Source: Ruditapes philippinarum (lineage: Eukaryota). Taken from it: a stretch of 64,000 nt of DNA. The translations under genes and the position numbers were made by a program. Shown piece by piece: positions 10,826-23,999 of this stretch (position 1 is the first letter of the stretch; every line of letters starts with the position of its first letter). The stretch lies in contig NW_026851617.1 in NCBI RefSeq assembly GCF_026571515.1, forward strand, positions 1-64,000, written 5' to 3'. The notes below the pieces were generated by a model. It was not told where the DNA came from. It searched no databases and saw nothing but the letters and a program-made list of their open reading frames with translations.

Positions 10826-13244
10826 CAATGGTTCATTGGGTTTTACCAGAATTGTATATCACTTTTGAATGAACGGACGAAAGACATTGTTCATTATTTA
10901 TAACTTTGATCGGCATGCTAGAAATTAGAATATTACTTGTTATTTCTTTATGATCGTGGTTATTAATAGCAACGGATATACATGTATACAATCATTTATA
11001 ATCCATATGTGTAACGCATGATCAACACCATACTTGTGTAATTGTCCCTTATTATGTTATTGCTATTAACGAGGACCCCCTCTTAAGGTATCTGTTCACA
11101 CTAAGTAACAATATGACACTTGTTATATTACCATGTTGATCATGTTGAGCATAATTGTTTATTATACAATAAATGTAATTTCTATTTTAATAAAAAAAAA
11201 TACAGATTTTATGAATATTGTTTTCTTTTCTTTTTTTGTGTGTGTTTTATGCGCTATTTTAATACTGAGTTTTTACGTTTACTACTATTTTAAGAATTCA
11301 ATTGTCATAATGATCGACGATTATAAGTCAAAACTTAACTGGAAAAAGTCAGTAAATCATGGTTAATCTTTCAATTTATAATATTGTTTATTCTTAAACC
11401 ATATACATGTACATTTGTATTTATCTTTATCATTTTTTAAATTATCAATCAATTGAATAATTCATAAAATCTGATTTGTAACTTTGAATAATTCCTCGGA
11501 ATCTTTACTAAACACGAATAACAAATTATATAAAATGTTTTAAAGTTGATAGTGTCATATTAATGCCATAAAAATGTACATTTTTTCTCAATTATTGTAC
11601 ATATTTATTGTTTTTATCTCATATAGATAAAATATAACATGCGATTTGTGTTGTTGGTTTTTTTTTCGAATTGTATGTTTATGTATAATAATAATCAATC
11701 AATTCGAGAGTTGATCTGTGTTTATTAATTATTGTAACCAAACTAAGTGACAAACATTCATTTTGAAAAAAAAAGCTTATTTATCTGTAAAATATTTGTT
11801 CTATTCTGTAACGATATCTACTCCAAAACCGGGAGAGACCGGACAATAAACGTGTGGTACTATTCGCCGGTCATTAGTAAATCCCGGGAGAGACCGGGAA
11901 TTACCTAGGAGTACATCCCTCTATAAATAGATTTTCGGAATATTAAGGTCATCAACTCATCATTCTATTAACAGCTTTCGGAATAACATACCATAATAAC
12001 CCACTGTGTACTACAAAATGATAAGCAAAAATACCCCGAAGAGCGCGATTTATTGACGGAAAAGGTTATCTCATTTGAAAATGTTTGCATTGCGAAATTC
12101 TCCAGTTCGCCATTCATTGTACATATCGCGACTAATTAACAATCAAGCACCCTCATACCGATCGGAATGATCGGCTTTTATTATTGGCAACTATAAAAGG
12201 CTCGAGAAGTTGCTGTCGCCCTTTCACAAAATCTCATTTCATTCCAATAGGCGCCGCGCTTCAGCGCGGACGCCAAGCGGACGCCAAATATGTGCTTAGG
12301 ATGACGTCATTTCGCCGTTGTTTTTTTAGTTGTAAGTTAATACGCTATTGTAAGAAAATAGTTATAGATGAAATGACTTAAATTTCCATGAACATATACA
12401 TATTTAGGTAAAAATTTAGGCCACTTTTCTATTCCGACGTAAAATGCTTTAAAAATGTGCATGGTAGTTTTTCAGGTTTTTTTTTCAGTTTATTTTTTAT
12501 TTTTTGAAACACACATATTTTGTTGATGAGTGAAAATAGCACCGAAAGATACAAAATGTATAATTTATTAAAGAGGGAAGTAAAACCGTTTGCATCAATG
12601 ATCGAAGCAGTCGTTTATCTCGTGTCATTGGCAGTTGAACTTGTCAAATTCGTGCTTTAGTTTAAACAAGTTTTATTGCATTAAATACATGTTTACAAAA
12701 ATATTATACAAATAATGAGTATATATCAAAATGCAAATGGGTTGGAGACAAGTTATAACAACATAAGATTAAGCTTCCCTTCCTGCTTGATGCAGAGTGG
12801 TGCTGCGCTATACGAAATTTGCACGAATCTTATCGTATCATTAAAATATTTAATTCTTTAGAAATGACAAATATGTGTTTAATACTGTTTTAATAATAGA
12901 TTTAGAGTATATAAAATGTTTAACAACTTATGAAATTTGCGCTGTATGTGCAGTAATGTTTCGTAAAGGTAGCCAAAATATAAACAAAGTTGTATTTTTG
13001 ACTTCCATACAAAATGCTCATTTACTATGATTATACCCCTTTCAACACAGACAAAGAGCAAAAGAAAGTTAATGTTTGTGGCAAATGAGATTTTCATATG
13101 TAAGTGTAACGATAACAAAAACAGAAAGTTTTTTTAGAAATAAAAACGATAGCATTTCTAAGGCCTAATAGGCCTTTAAGGGATGGAGAGACGTAGGGCT
13201 GGCCAAAGACTGAGTTTATTTAATTTGCGTCATGTATAATAAAA

Positions 13245-13480
13245 GAGCCGTGTCACGACAAAACCAACATAATGGGTTTGCGACCAGCATGGATCCAGAC
13301 CAGCCTGCGCATCCGCGCTGTCTGATCAGGATCCATGCTGTTCGCTAACAATCTTTATAACAAGTAGAAAAACTGATAGCGAACAGCATGGGTCCTGATC
13401 AGACTGCGCGGATGAGCAGGCTGGTCTTGATCCATGCTGGTCGCAAACCCATTATGTTGGTTTTGACATGACGCGGCTCA
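13245..13480. mobile_element. Palindromic MITE, copy 2
   Basis: Same arms and loop as 9810-10046 with a few substitutions. Confidence 0.9.
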
Positions 13481-14062
13481 AATGTACTCATGTAGTACCA
13501 GCCTAGAAAACACCAAATTCATGAATGGTATAGCAATGGTAAAAGGACTGACAATATCAGCTTATTAGCTCTGTGTTTCTTCCGATTTGTCTGTAATGTG
13601 GTCTTTATGTAAAGAGAACTGCTGAATAAAAGGGAAATGTTATATGATTCTACATTCTAGGGAGAGTATTCCCATAAACAGATATATGATTCTAAAAATG
13701 GTAGATCTTATCTTCTCAAGGTATTATTATATTGTGTTGCTATGTCGTGTGTACTTATGTATTTTGTCTTTGTACATGTACATTGTAGTACATGTATAGT
13801 GTACAAAACTAGAAGATTTAATAATACGACATTTTGTCGGGTTTAGTAATTGATGACTTTGATGTTGATTATCATGTTCCTTCTAAGTTTTGGCTGTGAC
13901 ATACTTAAACTATTGATTTAGCTAGGCAAGACTTAACATAAGCTTCTAGTTCAAAATTAAACTGCTCAGGGCATGCGGTTCGTTTTAAAAAACAACAACA
14001 AAAAACTGCTTTACAAGCGGAATGAAATTTGATAGAAAATATCTATACGAATCAAAACGAGA

Positions 14063-14136
14063 TGGCGCCGCCCGGGAATGGAACCCGGGTCGCCGGATTT
14101 AAAATCAAAAGCTGTACCTATCGAGCTGACTGGGCG
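14063..14136 (-). pseudogene. Degenerate tRNA-like sequence (tRNA pseudogene or SINE head)
   Basis: Minus strand reads cgcccagtcagctcgataggtacagc...gacccgggttccattcccgggcggcgcca. It has A-box-like and B-box-like segments and a T-stem, but poor acceptor and anticodon stems. Confidence 0.55.
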
Positions 14137-14431
14137 ACTATTAGTTCATAAGAAAAAAAGAAGTCTAATGACTTTTGTCAGTCTATGAAAAAGTCATGTA
14201 TTTTTTTTTAATTTATTTATTTTTTGGTAAAAATTAAGATTGTTGATATGTTAAATTGCAGGAAATAAACGTTTGTTTATAAGTAATTCAAGCCTAGCGG
14301 ATAATGTATGCAAGTATCCGTTATAGAACCATATTAACTGTCAAAATTGTCGAAACTTTAGAAATGAAAGACAAAATAAAAGATAATTTACGGGTCAAGG
14401 CTTGCTCAAAAGACACGAATTGCCAGATTAA

Positions 14432-15000
14432 AGCTGGCTCAAAATTCAACTCCAGCTCGAAATTCGGGTTTTGAAAATTTTGAATTTCGATCTTCGAGCT
14501 GGCTCGAAATTCAACTCCAGCTCGAAATTCAACTTTTGAAAATTTTGAATTTCGATCTTCGAGCTGGCTCGAAATTCAACTCCAGCTCGAAATTCAACTT
14601 TTGAAAATTTTGAATTTCGATCTTCGAGCTGGCTCGAAATTCAACTCCAGCTCGAAATTCAACTTTTGCAAATTTTGAATTTCGATCTTCGAGCCGGCTC
14701 GAAATTCAACTCCAGCTCGAAATTCAACTTTTGCAAATTTTGAATTTCGATCTTCGAGCCGGCTCGAAATTCAACTCCAGCTCGAAATTCAACTTTTGAA
14801 AATTTTGAATTTCGATCTTCGAGCTGGCTCGAAATTCAACTCCAGCTCGAAATTCAACTTTTGCAAATTTTGAATTTCGATCTTCGAGCTGGCTCGAAAT
14901 TCAACTCCAGGTCGAAATTCGCCTTAAGCTTACTTTGAATTTCGATCTTCGAGCTAGCTCGAAATTCAACTCCAGCTCGAAATTCAACTTTTGCAAATTT
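14432..15000 (-). repeat. Inverted array of the same 65-bp satellite (~8-9 units)
   Basis: Reverse complement of the 5221-6283 units, including the variant end units. Confidence 0.95.
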
Positions 15001-16980
15001 TGTCAGAATTAAGAGAGAAATACCCAAGGTATCTGATGTTTTATGGGCAGCAAGGCGTACTTATATCATCTTCAATGTCCCATTCGTTCTAAACCTTAGA
15101 CTTGGTGACGTATCTTGATCTTACAAACATTTGAGGCTCTCAGAAGAAAAACAGTGCCAAGATATGGCAAATTATCAAGCACGGTTGTCCATTGTTTTCC
15201 TTGATTTGATTATAGCGCGGAAATACCGAGTCTTCATATAAAGGGCTGTTGACTTTGTAATGTCTAAAATAAAAACTTGTAAGAACATGCCTTTTGGAAT
15301 TTTGTTTAAAATATAAGAAAACATGATTGCAAACGGAGGCCAAAAGTCATGAAACCCAGCAACTAGATATTATATTTTGTGACACAGGGCACCCCTAGGG
15401 GCACCAAAATGGAATTTGACATATAATTAAGGGTGGTGGTGGTATTAAAGAAGGAAGATGGGTATTATATCAATTTTTGATACATCCCGAAGGTAAAGAA
15501 AGGTTGATGTTTTTTAACAATAATGAGTTAGTGTAACTTCTAACTAGATTAGTCTTGAAATTTGGTGTCAAGTTAGCATTTAATCAATCGAAAACCAATG
15601 TGTAGTGTTTAAAAGCAGTTATTTCATCAAAGATGTGTCAAAATTTGAGTCTGTAAACTGCAAATTTCTACAAAATTATCAATCCATTTTTATACAACAA
15701 ATGCACTGTCATGTACTTTAATATGAAGAATAGGGATAGTTTAGAATTAATTTATTTTCTGTAACGCATACTTTGACCAGAGACATAGACAACATCTACA
15801 TCTCTGCTTTGACAAAATGTACAATATATATGTCTGCCAGGCTTTCGTTTTTTCTTTCACATTTTCTAAAAAATGCACTTATATAAAGATTCATATTTTT
15901 ATGATATGACAATTCAAATACAAAATGACTGTTAAAATTTGACAAATGTTAGCTTATAATTCTGTTATTCACACCTTCTTTCACAGCGATCAACAAGATA
16001 AAATTGCAAGACATACACCTGACTTGACGGGCAGATATTTAATTTGGAAAAGGCGTAAAATGAAACAAACAAACAAACAAACAATTTAATTTCCGTTTGC
16101 TTGAGTTATGCTGGATTTTTTGAATACTTTTGTTTAATCTGTTTAATACGTATTTCCTTGTGATAAATTAACATTGTAAACAAAAAGGAATGTTGTAAAA
16201 ATGATGTCTTAACATCTTTAGAAGACAGCAATGACAGACCTCTACAATATCTTATTTCGTCTGATTTCAAGGGTCGTGAAAACTAATGACAAACAGAAAT
16301 AATAAAATATGTTAAGTGTAATAGCTTTAAAAAGACAAAGCAATGTTTAATACTAATAAAAACTATTTTTCTGCTTACAATACCCTAATATGCAGCTATA
16401 TATCAAGTTCTCTTAGTTAAAACAAGCGTTTGTAAAATTTTTAACACGTATGGCGGCCATTTTGGATTTTTCCCGCCATATTGGATTTTAAAAAATGGGT
16501 CCCATGCTCAATTTTTCTTATATACATCAAAGCTCATTTGTACCAAATTTGGTGCTTTTCCCATTTTCTGAAGTATTTTTTTTACAAATTGACTGGACTA
16601 TAAATATCGCATAAGAGACTAACGAAATTTAAACACGCGATGATTATCGCCTCTTAAGGGCAAAATTTAGACTAAATTTCGCAAGTATTAAATTTTCAAA
16701 AGTCTGTCATGCGATAATTATCTCGTGTTTACTAGCGACATTTTGTGGACGAAATAGGACATCGTACACAACCCATATCATGATGGTACGACTGACTAAT
16801 GTAAACATATCGTGTTCGACTAATAACTCAAATTATTGAAACATTATTGAAATTTAACTTCCGCGTTACAAGTTGATCTACTGTTTTTAGCAACGAAATG
16901 TAAACATCCAACAGATAACGTTTGGATCGGAACAATATTATGGCTAACATGAACATTTAATTTAGTTAAACCAGTTTAAA

Positions 16981-17062
16981 ACCCGGACTTGTTTAATTGA
17001 AATATCTCATATATTGATAAAACCCGGACTTGTTTAATTGAAATATCTCATATATTGATAAA
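16981..17062. repeat. Perfect 41-bp tandem duplication just upstream of the TRIM-like ORF
   Basis: acccggacttgtttaattgaaatatctcatatattgataaa at 16981 and 17022. Confidence 0.9.
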
Positions 17063-17196
17063 CAAGATCAACAAGGAAAGGCGGCGTTTAATTATCTAAG
17101 TTTGTGAAGTCGCTGAATATTGACCTCGAGATTTAAATGTACGTACATGTATATATAAAAATTTCTAAAATAGGGACACTATAATCGTTACACAAT

Positions 17197-18927
17197 ATGG
17201 CGGAAAGTGGAAGTAAAATACGAGAGGATGATAAATTTCCTGGTCGTTTGAAGAAACATGTATGTCAACCATGTTTAAGTAAGGATAAGCAAACTGTAGC
17301 TGACAAGTTTTGTTCGACTTGTAATGAATTCCAATGTAATGATTGTTCAAATGTACACAACGTGCTCGCCATCTTGAAAAATCATAAATTGGTGAGCGTG
17401 AAAGAAGCTAATGTTGCAAGTATTTCGTTTAAAATGAAGGCCTTAGATATATGTGATCAACATCAACATTCTTTAGAATTTTTTTGTGAGGATGAAAAGA
17501 AGCTTTGCTGCAGTACTTGTGCTATTGTTAATCACCGAAAATGTCACAGTGTTGTAGAAATTGAGAAGATAGCCGGAAAAATAACCTCACCAATTTCTAC
17601 CTTAGGGGACGAATTGAAGGAAGCTAAAGAAGCCGCCGAGAGCGTTGCGAGACATATTCGCTCTTCAAAAGATCAACTTGCTGAAGATATAAAAGAAATA
17701 CAAGTAGAGATAAGACAAATACGAGACGAAGTAATGAGAATATTTGACGATTTAGAAGATTCCGTCGCCCAGAGAGCTGAAATTCTTCTGAGAGAAACAT
17801 TAGAAAATTTGTCCAAAAAACAAACACTTAACGAGAAACATTTGACTGATGTTACATCGAGCTTAGAGACGATTGAAAGTATTTTCAAAAATGGAACTTC
17901 AGTACAGAAGTATATTGCAGAACATAAAATGGAGAGTAAAGTCAATTCTCTCTGTAGAAACATCAAGGAGGAATATAAGAAATTAGAGACACTGAAAATT
18001 TCTTTTCATTTTGACGAAACTTTAAAACTGCCACCATTACCAAACTCTGAATATGTTCCAGGACAATTACTTTTTAAGACAACTCGACTGGGAGATGTTA
18101 ATTCTGTTAACATGGCGATGAACTTAACACCAGTTTCTACTATTATTTTGAAGAAGACGGGATATGAGATCAAAAATCCGTTATATACAAGCATAGATTT
18201 TCTACCTGATGGTAGACTGGTGGCTGTGGATAACCAAAACAAGAAATGTTTAGTTTACAATGAGAAGCTTGAAAAAGTAGGATCATGTGCTCTACCTTAC
18301 TACCCATTATCTGCTGTTGTAGTATCTGAGGAGGAAGTAGCGATTACACGCGGTGAACAATACAAAATAGAATTTTTACATGTTAGTAAATGTAATGAAA
18401 TAAGGTCTAGTAAGACATGTAAAGTGAAAACGAAATATTACTCTATATGTTTGAAAGATGATAAACAGTTTGTAGTAGGGACTTATGATGAACCAAGACC
18501 TGTTCGTATTGTAACATTGACAGGTAAGGAGTATGATTTTGGTGTTAACTTCCCAAACAAGACATATACTATAGACAGTAGCGCTAGTACTTACATAAAG
18601 AGCAGTGATAAAGTGGTGATAACAGATAGATACGATCATACTGTTTACATATATGATATCAAGACAGACACGAGAGTCGTAGTGAAGGATGATCAGATAC
18701 AGGAACCATGTGGTGCAGCAGTTGGTCCCTCTGACACTATCCTGGTGTGTTGTTGTAAAACAAAAACCATTGTACAGATATCTGAAACAGGTCAGATGTT
18801 ATCATCGTACAAATTAGATATGGACTATCCATATAAAGTATGTGTCTCACGTGATAAATCATTCATTGCTGTTGCAAATAACTGTCATGGAATTAATAAA
18901 ATGCAGAAATTCAAAATATCATGTTAG
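17197..18927 (+). CDS. RING-less TRIM-like protein: B-box1, B-box2, coiled coil, C-terminal NHL-like beta-propeller (576 aa, single coding exon)
   Basis: B-box1 CQPC..KFCSTCNEFQCNDCSNVH..LKNHKLV and B-box2 CDQH..LEFFCEDEKKLCCSTCAIVNHRKCH. A heptad-rich helical middle follows, then propeller blades such as IDFLPDGRLVAVDNQNKKCLVY and EPCGAAVGPSDTILVC. Confidence 0.92.
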   Translation: MAESGSKIREDDKFPGRLKKHVCQPCLSKDKQTVADKFCSTCNEFQCNDCSNVHNVLAILKNHKLVSVKEANVASISFKMKALDICDQHQHSLEFFCEDEKKLCCSTCAIVNHRKCHSVVEIEKIAGKITSPISTLGDELKEAKEAAESVARHIRSSKDQLAEDIKEIQVEIRQIRDEVMRIFDDLEDSVAQRAEILLRETLENLSKKQTLNEKHLTDVTSSLETIESIFKNGTSVQKYIAEHKMESKVNSLCRNIKEEYKKLETLKISFHFDETLKLPPLPNSEYVPGQLLFKTTRLGDVNSVNMAMNLTPVSTIILKKTGYEIKNPLYTSIDFLPDGRLVAVDNQNKKCLVYNEKLEKVGSCALPYYPLSAVVVSEEEVAITRGEQYKIEFLHVSKCNEIRSSKTCKVKTKYYSICLKDDKQFVVGTYDEPRPVRIVTLTGKEYDFGVNFPNKTYTIDSSASTYIKSSDKVVITDRYDHTVYIYDIKTDTRVVVKDDQIQEPCGAAVGPSDTILVCCCKTKTIVQISETGQMLSSYKLDMDYPYKVCVSRDKSFIAVANNCHGINKMQKFKISC

Positions 18928-20496
18928 TAACACAATCTTATGTTTCACATAGAAGATTAACACACCCATGCAAAGTTATTAAAGAATGAAACAAGAATTT
19001 ATCGGTTACATATGATGGATGGACCTACGTTCTAGCATCGAAGTAGCTCTTCATAAAAAAGACTTTCAAATAAAACACTATGCTGAGAAAAAGTATGCAA
19101 ACAAAAATGTAGTTAATGTATGCTATGACAGACAGCTTTAACATCGCTAACATCAGGTGTAAACAATTCAATATTAATAATTCCGATGATTTCAATTGAT
19201 ATATTTATTTCATTTTAGGTACACGTGCGTTAAATTTAAATTTCATCGACAGATTGTACTTTTCATGTGCAGACTCAATCAAACAGAAGTTGCAAGTTTC
19301 ATGTAATTTTATTGGGATAATTGTTTCCGAAGCATTTTTTATTTAGCACGGCTTTTATGTAAAGTAGTTATGTTCTGTACCATAGTTATCTTATTTTTTA
19401 AATCATCAAATAATGTTGACTGTATTATTATGCATTTGTTTGTAAATATCAAATTGCCGAAGATTTTTTGTCCAAATATTTGTGATATCATGTCACAACG
19501 TTATTTTAATACATTAAACCCTCAAATTAAAATATCACCACCGTACAAGAGGGGGTAAATAAAATGTGCTTCATATTGGACAACTTATTTTATCATTTCA
19601 AAAGGACAATGCAGGAGATGAGAGGCATAGGTGAAGATCGGCCATCTTTGAATATCATATAAACGTGCTGGTACTATTTTATGGTATCTCGGACTTTTCC
19701 GACACGCTTTATAGTGGCTATGCAAATGTCAGACATATATAAAATGACAGGCATTTCATAGAATATAAATGGCAAACATTTAATGGCATATAATTAGCAG
19801 ACATAATTATTATGGTATATAAATGGGTGACATTTGGCTTAAAGTTATATTCATGTCATATGATATAAGCACGTGAGCATAGCCCAGGCAAAAGCATAAA
19901 AAAATGTTCTTATACCTATTCCAACTCGGTGTACAATCGTTTATGTCTCTTCCATATACATCCCCGGCAATAATGCCCATGAAAACATGTTATGCCAGGC
20001 CGTAGTCTAAAAAACAGATCTAGACGCAATACGTATACTATAGGCTTCTTATATGCAGGGTTTATAATCTCTGACCAACAATCAATTTTCCATTCTCTTT
20101 AATACCGCCCAAAGTTTCTAGTTTAATTTTACCTTGGCGGTTACGCAGCTTTTCATGAAATGCAGCTAAAGTGCAACATTGAAGGTTCCATGATCATCGC
20201 CGAATGACGTAACTCAGTGGCGGCACCCACCTAGCTTAGCCAAAAGATACGTTCATGAGCTGGGATATATTCGTGCCAGTTTCATGCAAAATTGGTCACA
20301 GTGAACACCCTTATAAAAACATTTAATGCTGTCATCAGGATGTTGATCACCTGCCTGTGTGTTTGTATTTGAATTTATTTATACTTGCCACCGGTTGCCC
20401 GTTTGGCTAGTCCTCCGAAAGAGTATTAGTCATTTTACATTTTAGAGGACACAGATACAGAATGATACAAAAGGACCCAATACCAAAAGATTATCT

Positions 20497-20658
20497 TGGT
20501 TCTTTAACGTGCCAAGTGTTTAAGCAGTCATACACGGGACTTTTAAATACCACCCGAAAGACTGATAAGTAATTTTAGGTGGCCAGCTCGGGAATTGAAC
20601 CAACAATGTTGAGATTATAAGTATCACGCTCTCACCGATTGAGCTTAGCGGGCTGGTC
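20497..20658 (-). mobile_element. Degenerate tRNA-derived SINE, probably with a Deu/Nin-type central domain
   Basis: Minus-strand tRNA-like head (ccagcccgctaagctcaatcggtgagagcg...ggttcaattcccgagctgg) followed by a segment reading ggttctttaacgtgcc...acacgggac...ccgaaagac on +. The resemblance to the Deu-domain consensus is recalled, not aligned. Confidence 0.55.
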
Positions 20659-20808
20659 ACCTGGTAGAAATCTATCAACTGCTTAAATGACTTGTCAATA
20701 AATATTTAAACGGCAAATTTTATTTTGCTTTTACTTTCCAATTTTTTATTGAAAATAAGAGTTAGATCTACTTATAGTATCGATGGGTGTAATACGCAGT
20801 ACAATGTT

Positions 20809-22488
20809 TACCATCTCTCGAACGGCACTATCTCTCGACCAAAGTGATAAATTTTATATTTGACAAATCAAATTTATGTTGTGCAGCAGGAGATAGTTTA
20901 ATAAAGTGACAAGTACTTACAGTTGTTTGTTTTGGCAAAGTTCCATATTTACAGCTTCATAGTAGACGAAAGTATGACAGCCTACTTTCATTTTTGAAAT
21001 TGTGTATTTTAATTTGTAAAGTTACCACTTTACTAATATAGATTTGTGGAATAAGTCAGAATAATAAGAATACTTTATGAACCCGTCTTTCAAGAAAATA
21101 GCGTAATTTTACTGTATTTTTGATTTGTTTTATGAACTGTCAAGGTTGACCTAGTTTCTTGATTTATTGTTTTGTTCAATCAAATATTTAAGGTATTACC
21201 ACCCTAATGCATTACCTCCGCTTTAAAGAGTATTCAAATAGGCTAGAACTACTGTTAACTACATTGAAAATGAGGGCCGTGGGTTCAATCCCCAGAAGGG
21301 TCAACTTTTTTTTCTTTCTTTTTTTCTTTTAACATTATTTATGTATCTCTCATGTCCCATTTGGAAAGAAAAAAGTGTTTAATTTTAATTTTTTAATTTA
21401 TATAGGTATTTATTGGCTAAATTCTGCTAAATCTAGTAATAAATATGGTACTTGATATTTTCAAAGTGTAAATAAATCAAAACTTGATGGTAAAAGTATT
21501 TGATATTTTACAAGATCAACCAATATAAACAGGCACTCATTCGGGTAAATTTTAAGGATTTTTTAAATTAAGTAGGAAAATGGTCAGACACATGGTAAAA
21601 ATGGGTGGGGTAGGGTAACATTTTAACACAGATTTCATAAATTTTACGTAGAAACCATAATTTTGCTTAATATGTGGATTGTTAGCTGAATGGCACATTT
21701 TGTTTCTTACCAAAAATTAATGGGAAAACATTTTTCATTAGAATGTTATTGCAGATTATTTAAAGGTTCCTCATTTCTAAAAAAGGGCCCTCATAACATC
21801 CTAGCTTGAGTTCATAAAAGTGGCCATAACTTGATTTCCGTACGGTAAACTTTGTTTAAATTTTGCATACAAGTGTACTTTAAGGTATATATCTGACTTA
21901 TGATTTCAATTTTTTAGTTCCTTATAGTGCCCATTAGGGTTGTAAGACCTTAATCGAACAAGATAAATCAAGTTGAACACCACTAAATATATTTTTTCTA
22001 CTGTTCTCAATATGCAATTGATACCATTATCAATGTTGAAAAGGAATAATCAAATTTTGGTTGATATAAGTAAAGCTGATTGTGATTTGTGAAGCTGTTG
22101 TATTTAAAAAGTCAGATGAATACTCCAGGAATGTGACAAGACATGAAAATAAATGAAAATTTGTTTGTTTTGTTCTATGTTACAGTAGAAAATTTAATTA
22201 ATGCTTACAGTATAGTTCCAATCTAAATGATCTCCTCTTTCTTCAAGTTATTTGTACACTATAAATAACTTGGTTCGATAATTGGTGGCAAGGGGTCGGC
22301 TTTGTTCTACTAATCAAGCACCCCAATGAGTTCACGGCAGCCATTTTGAAGGTCATGTTGACAAATTTTAAGTAGGTCAAAACGGACACAATACATGTCT
22401 CTACAATCAAGAACTTTACTAAGTTTAAAGACACTTAACATCCTAAAAATAATTACAATTAAGTGAAATTATTGTTCGAGAGATGGTA
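20809..22488. mobile_element. Possible TIR element (15-bp perfect inverted ends) containing a nested TTAA element
   Basis: taccatctctcgaac (20809-20823) vs gttcgagagatggta (22474-22488). No clear TSD. Confidence 0.45.
21192..21949. mobile_element. TTAA-flanked non-autonomous DNA transposon (Kolobok-like ends)
   Basis: ttaa|ggtattaccaccctaatg ... cattagggttgtaagacc|ttaa. Contains a tRNA B-box-like gggttcaatccc near 21280-21292. Confidence 0.75.
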
Positions 22489-23999
22489 CAGCGATGCTTA
22501 TTATCTCTGGTTTTTCCACTTTCTACGTGGAAGTCCTATAATAAATTAAGGAATTGAAAATTGTGATTGAAAGGAATTAAAAAGGTTGCAAGTTTTATAA
22601 TAAGATAACAGTTGAGGGAATTCCCTTTCAATAATCGGTTGTACTAAGATTTTTACTGAGATGAAATGATAAGTCATTTGTTTTAATAATATTTTGTATT
22701 CTATGCCGCCTTGAATAAATTTAATTGAAATTACCTTTTATATATCTGAAATAGATCCATTAATTAAATAAAATGCTTGTTAAGTATTAGTGTTTTATTC
22801 TTTTTTAGAATAAAAAAACAGTATTTTAGTTAACACATTTACTTTGGTAATTCGGTTACTTATTTATCAGTCAAGTAAATTGACTGTTAATAAAAATGAT
22901 TTCAAACTTTGCAGTATATTGGTGAGACCCCGTTCACATACAGTTTTTATCTATTTCAATATCACCAATATTGATACAACTAAAACTCTGATAATAGTAT
23001 AAACAATATAAAAGAAATAAATTGCTTTAAGATGAGATATCAGAGACGTCTGTTACATTTTTGCTGGCTCAATCTTCATTTTTCGCCTGTCGCATTGTTT
23101 TTGTCAAACCCTCCCATCTTCAAGTCAGCCCCCTCACACAACCTTGTTCTGTATCCGCCACTAATTCTAACTTCAAAGTTTTCAGCATTCCAATGTTGAA
23201 ACTGCTTAAACCGGTGCTAGGGGGCTTGGACAAATGCTGGCACTTTCCAGTATTTTTATCTTATATATCATTATAGACGTTGAAATAATATATATATTTT
23301 TAAATTAAGTTTTTTTCATATACAATTGTATATGAAAAGTACATGTGCTGGGGTTGACAAAAATAATTTTTATTTGGATAAAAGGCGTTTTGAGCTCCAC
23401 ACCCCAAATGTCTGTGGTTACATAAATAAAAAATACGCAGCAACCTGCAGTCCCGTTGTAATCAGATTCTTCACATATAGGACAATTATTTCTATGGTTA
23501 AGTTCATAAATATTTATTGCGAATCGTCATTTACACAGTAACCTAATGCTGATTTGAATTCATAATCATTTGAATCCAGTTACGTTACCATACGCATTAT
23601 ATTTTTGGCGAAACCGGATTTAGTTGAATAAGTTATTTGTGTGCACATTCAGCAAAATGCAAGGGTTTTGAAACTGCTTTTTGAGTCGTGACTGTTAAAT
23701 TGTCAAGCATCTTATAAATTATTAATTATAAGCACAGAGTTTGTTATTGTGATTTTGTAAACATTTGCCGCTACTATTTTTTTTTAACTTATGCGTCATC
23801 GTCGGATACCCACGGCCGTATCATTAGCATTTATCACATGATATTGAATACATGTTATGTTTATCAACCGTGGGTAGGCGATCATCTGGTTGTTCATTTA
23901 CGAAATAGAGTTCGTACATAAAGCTATATGTATTCACATATATAAATAAAAAATAAATAAAATTACAAAGATATTGTAAGATAAAATTAATCGAAAAAA

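Noticed and set aside
14063-14136. Functional tRNA gene
   Set aside because: The acceptor and anticodon stems are mismatched and the T-loop is degenerate (GTTCCAT).
17624-18639. Minus-strand ORFs overlapping the TRIM-like gene (also + ORFs over the RhoGAP exons)
   Set aside because: Antisense shadows of real coding sequence.
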